Translations under genes and position numbers: made by a program
NCBI RefSeq assembly: GCF_902713615.1
Contig: NC_052172.1
Location: 19,377,327-19,441,326 of the forward strand
Direction: 5' to 3'
Source: Scyliorhinus canicula
Lineage: Eukaryota
Length of the DNA: 64,000 nt
The notes under the pieces: generated by a model
What the model saw: only the letters and a program-made list of their open reading frames with translations
Told to the model about the DNA's origin: nothing
Databases searched by the model: none
In this document: positions 11,475-23,385 of the stretch, piece after piece
Position numbering within the stretch: position 1 is the stretch's first letter
How the letters are laid out: every line of letters starts with the position of its first letter

Positions 11475-12444
11475 ATTTACAGCCACTCCTCAAACCTGCC
11501 TGCCTCTATACATCCTCTTTGCTTCAATTTCTTTGCAAGGACAGCCCGGCACAATATACTCAGCTTCAATGCTATGTTGTCTCTACAAGACAACTGGCAG
11601 CTGGAGAGGATCAGAGGAGTGATAGGTTCCAAGGTTTTCAGTGACAGTGCCACTTACTGCAGTCCTAAACAGAAACAACCTCAGTTTCCAGGTGAATTCC
11701 TGGTGTTAATAATTAACTATAATAGCACAAGTGCACTGCTGAACCTTAAACTTGCAGTAATTCAGATCGGACACCCTAAAAACCAGTTCAATCCAGCCTT
11801 CAGTAACGCACCATTTTTTAAGACACTGTTTGAAGGAAGTATTTGAAAATAATGCACACAGCCCCATAAAATGCCGAGACAGAAAGCTGGTGTTTATTAA
11901 GTGCACAAGCTTTCAGGACAAGGCAAAAAGATTGTCCCCCTAAATAGGTTTCCAGGCTACTAGTAATCCGGCTCAGTCAAGTCACAAAGCACAGATCCTC
12001 TGAAATATGAAAAGCTTCAGATATGAAATTATTTGAATGCAGCAGAGCGAAATTCTTTTCACATTTAAAAATCCTATCAGATGACTGCACCTTTCCCTCC
12101 TTTAGAACTTTTGAAAGAAAGCAACTGCTATTCAAATTACTGGCAGGTTTTGGTGGGCTACATGCTGAATTGTTAGTATTATACTGTTGACTAAATGCAT
12201 TACATGTGTCTAAAAAGGGAGGTTTGAGTCCACATCTAATCCTCTTCTGGGATTTAAACCACAGTTAAAATATCTGAGCAAGGCAGCAGCAACAGAGCAA
12301 CCCTGCACCTGAAGCAAGGTTACAATGCAGGCTAATCTGGATTTCCCCAGCTCAGTTAGAAAAAAAAACAGAGTAGCTGAACTAAACATAATACAAAGAA
12401 GACATCACGCCCAGTTCCCTTCCTATTCTGAATGAGAGACTTGT

Positions 12445-12640
12445 GTGGGGGTCGGTTAGCTGGAAGGCTGGTTCATGATGCAGGTTCGATTCCTGTACCG
12501 GCTGACGTTATCCGCAAAGGTCCCGGCTTCTCAACCTTGCCCCTCGCCCGAGGTGTGGTGACGCTCAAGGGAACCATTCAGCTCTCTCTGAAAAGGGGAG
12601 ATTGCAGCCTATGCTCCTCTGGGACTGTGGCGACTTTCAT
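12445..12640 (+). mobile_element. tRNA-derived SINE of a further family
   Basis: B-box GGTTCGATTCC and body AACCTTGCCCCTCGCCCGAGGTGTGGTGAC. A related piece is on - at ~40015-40130. Confidence 0.7.
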
Positions 12641-12708
12641 TTCATTAACAGCACCCTTCACAATCTTGCGCCGCCTCAAAGCACTTTGCAGCCAAATGAA
12701 GTACTTCT

Positions 12709-12932
12709 TTTTTTTTTAATTTAGATTACCCAATTATTTTTCCCCAATTAAGGGACAATTTAGCGCGGCCAATCCACCTACTCTGCACATTTTTGGGTTG
12801 TGGGGGCGAAACCCACGCAGACACGGGGAGAATGTGCAAACACCACACGGACAGTGACCCAGAGTCGGGATCGAACCTGGGACCTCAGCGCCGTGAGGCG
12901 GTTGTGCTAACCACTAGGCCACCGTGCTGCCT
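12709..12932 (-). mobile_element. Short poly(A)-tailed HE1 SINE with 16-bp TSD
   Basis: TSD CAAATGAAGTACTTCT at 12693-12708 and 12933-12948; inserted in a Deu-SINE remnant. Confidence 0.92.
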
Positions 12933-13727
12933 CAAATGAAGTACTTCTGACATGTAGTCGGCACTGTTCCAGTGCAGGGAGATGCAGCAACCAGTTCGGA
13001 CACAGCAGGATCTCCATAAACAATGAGACTGTGACCAGATAACTGGTTTTAGCAAAATTGGTTCAGGGATAAATATTGGCTGGGCCAGCCGAGTTAAACA
13101 CCATCCCGCCCCCCCCAAGCTTTTCTTCGCGTAGCGCTATGGGATTTGGAATTCAGCTCTTGCTCCATTCAGGATTTGCGCAGGAAGCCAAAAAGGTGGA
13201 AAATCAGATATCCTTGCAATGATGTGGGAAATATGAACAGTGGATAAGGGTGGAGCTCATCGAGGAGATCTAGTCACAACATGCGAAAGATAATTGAACT
13301 AAAACATTGAATGTGTTTCTCACCCCCCCCCCCCCCCCCCCCCCAAAGATGTCGCTAGCCAAGGGCAGCACGGTGGCACAGTGTTTAGCATTGCTGCCTC
13401 ACGGCGCTGAGGTCCCAGGTTTGATCCTGGCTCTGGGTCACTGTCCGTGTGGAGTTTGCACATTCTCCCCGTGTTTGCGTGGGTTTCGCCCCCACAACCC
13501 AGAGATGTGCAGGGTAGGGGGATTGGCCATGCTAAATTGCCCCTTAATTGGAAAAAATGAATTGGGTACTCTAAATTTATAAAAAAACAAAAAAAAATGT
13601 CGCTACCCTGACAGTATTTTCAACATTTTCTGTTTTTATTAATGATCGCTATCAACTGTGCAGCAACATTCCCCACCATCAGCTCAGCTGCTCACAGCCT
13701 TTGGTCATCAAAAAGTCAGAAGAACTT

Positions 13728-13955
13728 TTTAAAAAATATATAAATTTAGAGTACCCAATTCATTTTTTCCAGTTAAGGGACAATTTAATGTGGCCAATCC
13801 GCCTAGCCTGCACATCTTTGGGTTGTGGGGGCGAAACCCACGCAAACACGGGGAGAATGTGCAAACTCCACACGGACAGTGACCCAGAACCGGGATCGAA
13901 CCTGGGACCTCGGCGCTGTGAGGCCGCGATGCTAACCACTGCGTCACCGTGCCGT
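13728..13955 (-). mobile_element. Short poly(A)-tailed HE1 SINE with 13-bp TSD
   Basis: TSD GTCAGAAGAACTT at 13715-13727 and 13956-13968. Other copies at ~13362-13597, 14218-14410, 30550-30745, 31900-32103, 34535-34762, 43503-43715 and 60580-60768. Confidence 0.9.
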
Positions 13956-14444
13956 GTCAGAAGAACTTAAGCGTACAGATTCAGACTGGTGGTACAAGGC
14001 AGTACAAAACCAAGTGGACCGAGTGGCTCATTCACGCAGACGAGATGCTAAATCACTATCCCAGTTTACTCAGGGTGATGAATCTGGTGGCAAACATTCT
14101 TCTCCCAAACCCAAGAAAAAACAGATTCAATCACGTTCCTGTTCATGGGATCGTGCTGCACACAATAACTGCGGCTTTGACCTACATTATAATAATCACT
14201 GCACTCCAAAGAAAAGTTTAAAAAAAAAACTAAATTGAGAGTGCCCAATTCATTTTTTCCACCTTAAGGGACAATTTAGCACGGCCAATCCATCGAGCCG
14301 GCACATCTTTGGATTGTGGGGGGTGAAACCCATGCAAACGCAGGGAGAATGTGCAAACTCCACACGGACAGTGGCCCAGAGCCGCAATCGAATCCAGGTC
14401 CTCGGCACGGCTACAAAGAAAATAAAAAGCGGAGGCGCACCTAC

Positions 14445-15135
14445 ATAGAACATAGATTAGGAACAAATTAATCTACACCCCATAATTCTATCGTAATCCA
14501 TGTACCTATCCAATAGCCGCTTGAAGGTCCCTAATATTTCCGGCTCAACTACTTCCACAGGCACTGCATTCCATGCCCCCACTACTCTCTGGGTAAAGAA
14601 CCTACCTCTGACATCCCCCCTGTATCTTCCACCATTTACCTTAAATTTATGTCCCCTTGTAATGGCTTGTTCCACCCGGGGAAAAAGTCTCTGACTGTCT
14701 ACTCTATCTATTCCCCTGATCATCTTATAAACCTCTATCAAGTCGCCCCTCATCCTTCTCCGTTCTAATGAGAAAAGGCCTAGCACCCTCAACCTTTCCT
14801 CGTAAGACCTACTCTCCATTCCAGGCAACATCCTGCTAAATCTCCTCTGCACCTTTTCCCAAGATTTCACATCTTTCCTAAAATGAGGTGACCAGTACTG
14901 CACACAGTACTCCAAATGTGGCCGTACCAAGATTTTGTACAGCTGCATCATCACCTCACGGCTCTTAAATTCAATACCTCTGCTAATGAACGCTAGCACA
15001 CCATAGGCCTTCTTCACAGCTCTATCCACTTGAGTGGCAACTTTCAAAGATTTATGAACATAGACACCAAGATGTCTCTGCTCCTCCACATCGTCAAGAA
15101 CCCTACCATTAACCCTGTATTCCGCATTCATATTT
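14445..15135 (-). mobile_element. Young 5'-truncated CR1 LINE (RT C-terminus)
   Basis: Uninterrupted ORF with LYKILVRPHLEYCVQYWSP, EKVQRR, RGDLIEVYK and FFTQRVVGAWN; CTATGTTCTATG tail. Other CR1 3' fragments at ~16390-16650, 20740-20950, 25340-25810, 35390-36030, 49430-50040, 55990-56405 and 61965-62330. Confidence 0.95.
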
Positions 15136-17421
15136 ACTTGGGAGTCTTGATACAGCCTCAAGTGTGCAGATATTTATTTTCAAACAAGACCTGCTCACGT
15201 CACAACCCAGGTGAATGATGGGCGCAAGGCTGCCTTTCCCAATCCAAGTTCCCTACAGGAGCCCAGCTCCTGTTTGGTGCTTCTCCCTAACCCTGCATAT
15301 CGCAGATCAGGAAGTGAAAAGTGACTAAATTAATTTGACCGGCTGTCAAATATTAAGCTTATGAACACCAAGTTCAAATTTTCAAATGCAAGCACTAGAC
15401 AAATAACGTTCGAAATATTTGCTTACATCTCGACACAACTCTAAGGCTGCAATGTTTCAGATCTCAACCGTTTAAGATTACACAATTATGGTGGCACGGT
15501 TTCACAGTGGTCAGCACTGTTGCTTCGCAGCACCAGGCTCCCAGGTTCGATTCCCGCTTGGGCCATTGTCTGTGCGTAGTCTGCACATTCTCCCCAGTGT
15601 CTGCGTGAGTTTCCTCCGGATGCTCCGGTTTCCTTCCACAAGTTCTGAAAGACGTACTGTTGGGCGAATTGGACATTCTGAATTCTCCCTCCGTGTACCC
15701 GAACAGCCACCGGAGTGTGGCGACTTTTCACAGTAACATCATCGCAGTGTAAGCCTGCTTGTGTCACTAATAAAGATTATTATTAGGTGTGTTGCTGGCG
15801 CAGGCAACTTGATGCAACTAGCAAAGAAAGTCATTTCAACGCATTCCGACTGCAAGAAACAGTAAAAAATACAAGTTGGCAGTAACCAACCACATTCAGT
15901 GATCTCAGGCACATCTACCTTCCTCGCAACAGTGACTACACTTCAAAAGTATTTAACTGGCTGCAAAGTGTTTTGAAATTCCTGAGCCTGTGAGAACTGC
16001 TGTAAATAAACACAATAACTTGTATTTATACCCCAGTAGTGGCTGTCTCGCACTGACATTTTCCAGCTTTTGAAGTGACTGCTGAAGCAAAATAATTTAC
16101 ACACTCAACTCTGTAATAAAATCTTTACAAAAATGTGTAATAATGGGGAACGGCTAAGCTACTGTTTACCTCAGCACTGGTGAAAAGCAGTTTATGAAAT
16201 ACAACACAGCTTCAAACAGTTAAGACCGTCACTCAAAGAGCAAGTCTGAACCAACCAGAGGTGCAATTTCACAATTATTTTCTCAGCAGTTTTACCCCGA
16301 GATTAATCTTAAGTATTATTTTCCACTGCTGCGAGAGCTGCTGTTCTCTTAACAAAACTATATTCCCAGTGTATTGAAACATGTTTCAGCACGAGGGGAC
16401 ATAGCTTTAAATTGAGGACAGATATAGATATAGGACAGATGTCAGAAGTAGGTTCTTTACTCAGAGAGTAGTAAGGGCGTGGAATGCCTTGCCTGCAACA
16501 GTAGTGGACTCGCCAACACTAAACGCATTCAAATGGTCATTGGATAGGCATATGGACGATAAGGGAATAGTGTAGAGGGACTTTAGAGGGGTTTCACAGG
16601 ACGGTGCAACATCATGGGCCGAAGGGCATGTACTATGCTGTAATGTTCTATGTAGCCAAGCAATCTGAGGGAAATGTCACTCTTCAAGATGTTCCAATTC
16701 TCCTTGGTCACACAAATTGCCTTTGTCAGAATATTAGCATCCCAGACAATGACATCAATATCAAAGTAAATTACTGCGGATGCTGGAATCGGAAACAACA
16801 GAAATACTCATAATCTATGATTAATCTAGGACAAAGGTTCGGCACAACATCGTGGGCCGAAGGGCCTGTTCTGTGCTGTATTTTTCTATGTTCTATCTCG
16901 GCAGGTCTGACAGCGATTGTGGGGAGAGACGGGAGCTTCCAATTCTCTCCACAGAACAGTTCAATATTCCAGGGTTGAAGGAAAAGCCCATTTATTAATT
17001 CTTACAACAATCGGCCCTCTACAAAAACTGGAAGCTCACTCGGCAGTTAAATCGGCAGGTAGAAAAGACGGAATTGCTTCCGTCAGAAATATGATGCAGG
17101 TGCCATCCCACTCGTTTTGACACCACCTCCCTGTTCGTGTATTTTGCAATGTCATATGGCACCAAAAACCTTTGCAGCAACACAGACAGAATTGACAGCA
17201 ATTCAGAGAACATCGGCGCTGCTTTCAAAAAGTCCTCTTCTGGTTATAAAATCAGGAAAGCGTGCACGAAATGGAATAAAACACATTATACCTTGTGTTA
17301 GTTGAAGCAAAACTTTATACATACAACAGTTTCTGGGCTGAATTCACTGCAGGTTAAACTTTTTAAAAAGGTGACTTTTTGTTTTTTGCATCATTGGTTT
17401 TGCAGGGTTGTCTGTGGGATG

Positions 17422-18078
17422 GTGCAGAGTTTGGGCAGCAGGGTGTCCCTGGCTGGGATGGGACTGTGCAGAGTTTGGGCAGCAGGGTGTCCCTGGCTGG
17501 GATGGGACTGTGCAGAGTTTGGGCAGCAGGGTGTCCCTGGCTGGGATGGGCATGTGCAGAGTTTGAGGAAGAGGAGGGTGTCCCTGGCTGGGATGGGACT
17601 GTGCAGAGTTTGAGGAAGAGGAGGGTGTCCCTGGCTGGGATGGGACTGTGGAGAGTTTGAGCAGGAGGAGGAGGAGGGTGTCCCTGGCAGGGATGGGACT
17701 GTGCAGAGTTTGGGCAGCAGGGTGTCCCTGGCTGGGATGGGCATGTGCAGAGTTTGAGGAAGAGGAGGGTGTTCCTGGCAGGGATGGGACTGTGCAGAGT
17801 TTGAGGAGGAGGAGGGTGTCCCTGGCTGGGATGGGACTGTGCAGAGGAGGAGGAGGGTGTCCCTGGCTGGGATGGGACTGTGCAGAGTTTGAGGAAGAGG
17901 AGGGTGTTCCTGGCAGGGATGGGACTGTGCAGAGTTTGAGGAGGAGGAGGGTGTCCCTGGCTGGGATGGGACTGTGCAGAGTTTGAGGAGGAGGAGGGTG
18001 TCCCTGGCTGGGATGGGACTGTGCAGAGTTTGAGCAGGAGGAGGAGGAGGAGGAGGAGGCGGCGGGGGTCCCTGGCTG
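17422..18078. repeat. G-rich minisatellite, 44-47-bp unit, ~14 copies
   Basis: Unit GTGCAGAGTTTG(GGCAGCA/AGGAAGAGGA)GGGTGTCCCTGGCTGGGATGGGACT with a variable GGA tract. Confidence 0.95.
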
Positions 18079-18094
18079 CAGCCTACACTCCCAC

Positions 18095-18102
18095 CCCCTC
18101 AT
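18095..18102 (-). CDS. Candidate promoter-proximal first coding exon (MR+2 nt) of the minus-strand gene
   Basis: gaaaATGAGGGG|GTGGGA, ~100 nt from the ZNF143 motifs; phase 2; the donor is weak. Confidence 0.3.
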
Positions 18103-18189
18103 TTTCGGATCTTCGTCCCTCAGCTCCAGATACTCTCCCTCCCTTCACCTCCTCTTGCTGTTGGGAGGCTCCCACTTCAGGCCCACTCC

Positions 18190-18330
18190 TCCCCCGGGAA
18201 TGCCGGGAGTTGTAGTCCATTGGCCGGGACTACAACTTCCGGCAGACAGCGCCCGGAAGCCGCATTTGCCGGGACTACAACTCCCGGCGGGCAGCGCGCG
18301 GGCGCATGCGCGCTCGGCGGCCACGGCATC
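18190..18330. promoter_or_regulatory. CpG-island, probably bidirectional promoter with three ZNF143/SBS (ACTACAA..CC) motifs, CCAAT, ETS and NRF1 sites
   Basis: GGACTACAACTCCCGGCA on - (18201-18218), GGACTACAACTTCCGGCA (from 18227), GGACTACAACTCCCGGCG (from 18272), ATTGG 18219-18223, CCGGAAG near 18253, GCGCATGCGC 18302-18311. Confidence 0.85.
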
Positions 18331-18527
18331 GGGAGGCTCGAGCTCGCGCTTCCAATATTTCCACATGAAGGAAAAACTCTCCGAGCCCAACCAACAACCC
18401 CTCTTTCGGCCTGGCGACCGCCGGCAGGGAGAGTACGCACCTTTATTGACCCCTGCCTCAGGACTGACAGCGAGCGCAGGCGGAATTTCATTCACGGCCC
18501 CGCACCGTCCTGCTCCCGGGATCTGAG
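18331..18527 (+). other. Probable non-coding first exon of the plus-strand gene (start approximate)
   Basis: Follows the promoter and ends CTGAG|GTAAAG; contains an ATG uORF 18365-18526. Confidence 0.5.
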
Positions 18528-18595
18528 GTAAAGTCCAGTCTGCCTCTTTTTTTGTGGGAGGTGAGAAACTCGAGCGTGCGCGCGCAGCCTTTTAA

Positions 18596-18686
18596 CACGT
18601 GGCGTGTGGCGTCATCGCGTCAGGACACGCCCCCCTCGGCCGGCCTCTTCTCTCGGTTGCTAACAATACAACCGTTGCCCGGCAAC
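18596..18686. promoter_or_regulatory. E-box and RFX X-box
   Basis: CACGTG 18596-18601; near-palindromic GTTGCCCGGCAAC 18674-18686; GTTGCT half-site near 18656. Confidence 0.6.
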
Positions 18687-18769
18687 CGGCGGCTGCGCGC
18701 CAGGCCACTGCGCAGCACCGCCTGCCTACAAAGTTGCAGCAGAGGGACTCACCACTCCCCCCAGGGGTG

Positions 18770-19680
18770 GGTGTCAGTCATTACAGGGGGTCCCCAGGGA
18801 GTGTGTCAGTATTTACAGGGGGTCCCCGGGGAGTGTGTCAGTATTTACAGGGAGTCCCGGGGAGTGTGTCAGTATTTACAGGGGGTCCCCGGGGAGTGTG
18901 TCAGTATTTACAGGGGGTCCCCGGGGAGTGTGTCAGTATTTACAGGGGGTCCCTGGGGAGTGTATCAGTATTTACAGGGGGTTCCCGGGGAGTGTGTCAG
19001 TATTTACAGGGGGTCCGGGGGAGTGTGTCAGTATTTACAGGGAGTCCCCGGGGAGTGTGTCAGTATTTACAGGGGGTCCCCGGGGAGTGTGTCAGTATTT
19101 ACAGGGGGTCCCCGGGGAGTGTGTCAGTATTTACAGGGGGTCCCTGGGGAGTGTATCAGTATTTACAGGGGGTTCCCGGGGAGTGTGTCAGTATATACAC
19201 GGGGTCCCCGGGGAGTGTGTCAGTATTTACAGGGGGTCCCCGGGGAGTGTGTCAGTATTTACAGGGGATCCCCGGGGAGTGTGTTAGTATTTACAGGGGG
19301 TCCCGGGGAGTGTGTCAGTATTTACAGGGGGTCCCCGGGAGTGTGTCAGTATTTACAGGGGATCCCCGGGGGAGTGTGTCAGTATTTACAAGGGGTTCCC
19401 GGGGAGTGTGTCAGTATTTACAGGGGGTCCCTGGGGAGTGTGTCAGTATTTACAGGGGGTCCCTGGGGAGTGTGTCAATATTTACTGGGGGTCCCCGGGG
19501 GAGTGTGTCAGTATTTAAAGGGGGTCTCCTGGGAGTGTGTCAGTTTTTACAGAGGGTCCCCGGGGAGTGTGTCAGTATTTACAGGGGGTCCCCGGGGGAG
19601 TGTGTCAGTTTTTACAGGGGGTCCGGGGCGGGATATTTACAGGGGGACCCCACCCCCAGGAGGAGTGTGTCGGTATTTAC
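18770..19680. repeat. G-rich minisatellite, 32-bp unit, ~28 copies
   Basis: Unit AGTATTTACAGGGGGTCCCCGGGGAGTGTGTC. Confidence 0.97.
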
Positions 19681-21969
19681 CAAGGATCGAACCTGGGTCC
19701 TCGGCACCGTGAGGCAGCAGTGCTAACCACTGCGCCGCCGTGCCGCCCCTGAAAATGACACTCATTGGAAAATGTACTCAGCTGCATCACTTTTCCTTTC
19801 CAGTTCTGCAGCGCCCCATAGTGGGATAACCCCGACCTCCACCATGTGGAGGGACACAGGAGGAATGGCTATTTGGCCGCGTGTTTGCGGGGGGGCTGCT
19901 GCTCAGTGGGACGAGGGGGGGTGGAGGCAGTGGTGGGAGGAAATTAGAAAAATTATTCTGATCTATTGCATGTTGCTAAAGTGACTGCTGCTTGTACCAG
20001 GAATCCAGACCCTCACAGCCTGTCGATTTGGTTTAACCCGCTTTGCTGTTGGCCCAGTGTCGAAGTCAGAAATAACACCAGCCGCTTTGTGCTCACTTCA
20101 TGTGTTCCTGCGATGGGGGGAAGCAAATGGAAAGAGAAATCAGCCGAAACTTTAAAGTGTTAACTCACCGAGGTGTGGATTCCAAATCTTCTTAACTTGC
20201 GTCCACAGTAAAACGGCGAACGTATCTGGGAGAGAGATTACACTCCTTCATTTCACGTCAGGAATACTGAAACACTTTGGGGAGCTGCAGAGTTTGCACA
20301 GCGTCTTCACTTTCCAGTTCACAACTTGTTCACAAAGTTAAGCAGTCAGTGTCAGTTCTCGGATATGAAGTTCTCGCAATGGGGTCAAAGTGCTGAACCT
20401 TTGCTAAACACAATGAGCTTCCAGTGTCCATGTCGTACAGGGAAAGGAGGTTTGTTAAGCACATGGTTTGCCACATTTTTGTTACATTCGGATTTGTTTC
20501 CGAAGGGGAACATTGGGAATTAGGAGCCCCTCGAGCCTGCCCCGCCATTCAATCAGATCATGGCTGATCCCTTCCCGGTGTCAATTCCACCTTCCCCCAC
20601 CTGTTGCCCTTCAATCCGAGGGAGGCACCGAGAAAGAAGCCGGTTATTTTGCAGTGGGACTGAGGGGAGGCGTGGCAGATCTGAGCGCGTGTTTCCAGAC
20701 ACAGCAGTTGTACCAATTAAAGTTTTTGAAATTTCCCCCGTGGAACAAACCATTACAAGGGGACATAAATTTAAATGGTGGAAGATATAGGGGGGATGTC
20801 AGAGGTAGGTTCTTTACCCAGAGAGTAGTGGGGGCATGGAATGCACTGTCTGTGGAAGTAGTTGAGTCGGAAACGTTAGGGACCTTCAAGCGGCTATTGG
20901 ATAGGTACATGGATTACGGTAGAATAATGGAGTGTAGATTAATTTGTTCTTAAGGGCAGCATGGTAGCATTGTGGATAGCACAATTGTTTCACAGCTCCA
21001 GGGTCCCAGGTTCGATTCCGGCTTGGGTCACTGTCCGTGTGGAGTCTGCACATCCTCCCCGTGTGTGCGTGGGTTTCCTCCGGGTGCTCCGGTTTCCTCC
21101 CACAGTCCAAAGATGTGCAGGTTAGGTGGATTGGCCATGATAAATTGCCCTTAGTGTCCAAAATTCTATGATCTATGATTTACCTAGGACAAAAGTTCGG
21201 CACAACATCGTGGGCTGAAGGGCCTGTTCTATGCTGTATTTCTCTATGTTCTATGTTCTAACTCCCTCTGATATCACACTGCCAGGTTATCAGTCACAGG
21301 GTGTGTGCTGCGCCCCATTTACCCAGGGAGGGATGGGCCTGACTGATACCCAGTTGACAGTGGGATATCCCGGACTCCAATCCACACAGGCGTTCCTTCA
21401 TTCAGAGGACCATTGGAGAAATTAGGACATGGTTCAGCTCAATCCCAAAGATAATTGAGATCCCGCCCAGATATGCAGACACCAGTAACAACCTGGTTGT
21501 AATTTTTACAAGGCTCCGCTTCTGAATTCAGGAAGGACAAAAAGTTGCAAGATCGGCCTGGTGTCGGTGCAACATTTCAAAGCGTGCTCTGATGTAACGA
21601 GGAAAGCCTCGATTCACACCCAGCCTTCAAGTGTAGCAGCAATGATCTGAGTAAGACAATGGCTCAGCTTTCCTCCTGGCTCTTGCAGTTCGGTGACACA
21701 ATCTTCAAATTGCACAGGAACCGGCAACTGCCAGGTTATGTAGAAAGCAGCACAGCGGGTTAGCACTGCTGCCTCACAGCAGGTTAGCACTGCTGCCTCA
21801 CAGCGCCAGGGACCCGGGTTCGATTCCTGGCTTGGGTGGAGCGTGTGGAGTCTGCACGTTCTCCCCGTGTCTGCGTGGGTTTCCTCCGGGTGCTCCAGTT
21901 TCCTCCCACGGTCCAAAGATGTGCGGGTTAGGTGGATTGGCCGTGATATGTTAGGGTGGGGTTACAGAG

Positions 21970-22020
<51 letters not shown>

Positions 22021-22956
22021 TGGGCAAGGTAGGGTGGTCTTTCGAAGCGGTGCAGACTCGATGGGCCGAATGGCCTTTTGTCTGCACTGTAGGGATTCTA
22101 TGATTCCCGTATCCAATAATTACAGGTGTGCGAGGACAAAGTCTGCAATCTGATGCTGTTCCTCTGCCTGCAGTGTGAAGGGTTTGTGGAAGGAATGGCA
22201 TTAGTCAGTCCCTGTCTCGCTCTCCCTCTCCAAACTCTTGTGTTCTGTCAGTAAGTAGTTCCATGACTAAAAGTTTTGGAGCATGTATTACACCAGAAAG
22301 CAAACAATAAAATAGATTGATCGTGGTACAAGAATAGTGAAGCATTGAGCCATCACCTGCCTCAGTAACGTGGACCATGCTGTGGTTAATCATAACGTGT
22401 GTGTGGCTATGACTGATGCTGCGTTCCGTGTTACCCCAGTTACCCCAGTGTTGTGTGGCATGCTGCCCTCTGGTGGTTTTCCCGCTAATTACTGTCGTTT
22501 TCCTTTCCGACTGGTGAGGCAAATATTTAGTAAGAGCATCATCTGGAAATTCAACGTTCACGCGGGCTCTTCTCCCGAGGCATGCAGAACGAGCAATGGC
22601 GGAAGCGACCCCGTTACCGACCGCCTTGCATTTGTAAAATGCCTTTCGACGTCGACAAGCACAGGAACAGCTAGAGGCCGTTCAGCCTCCCACCCCAAAC
22701 CTGTTCCGTCATTCGCTGCGATCATGGCTGATCTGTTTCTTACCCCCCAACAATCTATCGGGCTCAGCCTTGAAAGTTTCACTGAGCCCCAACCGTAACA
22801 GCTCGTTCCCGGGGGTGGGAGCGGAGCATTTTCAGATTTCCACTGCTCTTTATGTGAGAAAGATGCTTCCAGGTGCCACTCCCTGAATGGCTTGGCTCTG
22901 ATTTTAAGATCCTGCCTGTTGTGATCTGCTTCTTCAGGCAGCATAAGCTGCTCCCT

Positions 22957-23385
22957 TGATGTATACTCTGACAAAGGAAGGTTCAGACTTGGAGATAGGT
23001 TTAACACATTTATTGAACAGTTAACAATTCTCCTACTTGAGTTTGACTCTACTGCTAATCTAACTCTAGTAACTCAGTCTAACTAACCAGTCTGCTTTGA
23101 GCCATGCGGTGGGTGTGATGCTTCGGATCTGCCCCTGTCTCTTTGAGTGACGCCTATGGAAAGAGAAAGAGCATGTGTGCCCTGTCCTTTTATATGGGTT
23201 GCCCCCTTGTGGTAGTGTCACCTCTGGGTGTGTCTTGACTGCCCATTGGTCGTGTCCTATCTTACTGACCTATTGGTTGAATGTCTGTGTGTCATGATAT
23301 CTCTTGTGCTCCCTCTGGGTGTTTATTTAGTCCCAGTGTATCTACATTAACCCCGTGTGTATTTACAGTGATGCATATCACCACA
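22957..23385 (-). mobile_element. Solo LTR (Gypsy-like)
   Basis: Minus strand reads TGTGGTGATATGCATC...TATATAAAAG...AATAAA...GTATACATCA with TG..CA ends. No clean TSD. Confidence 0.75.

Noticed and set aside
17344-18102. 252-aa minus-strand ORF
   Set aside because: Runs through the 44-bp minisatellite; only the first 8 nt are kept as a candidate exon.
18552-19726. 386-aa and 375-aa ORFs
   Set aside because: They come from the 32-bp tandem repeat and are open in several frames.
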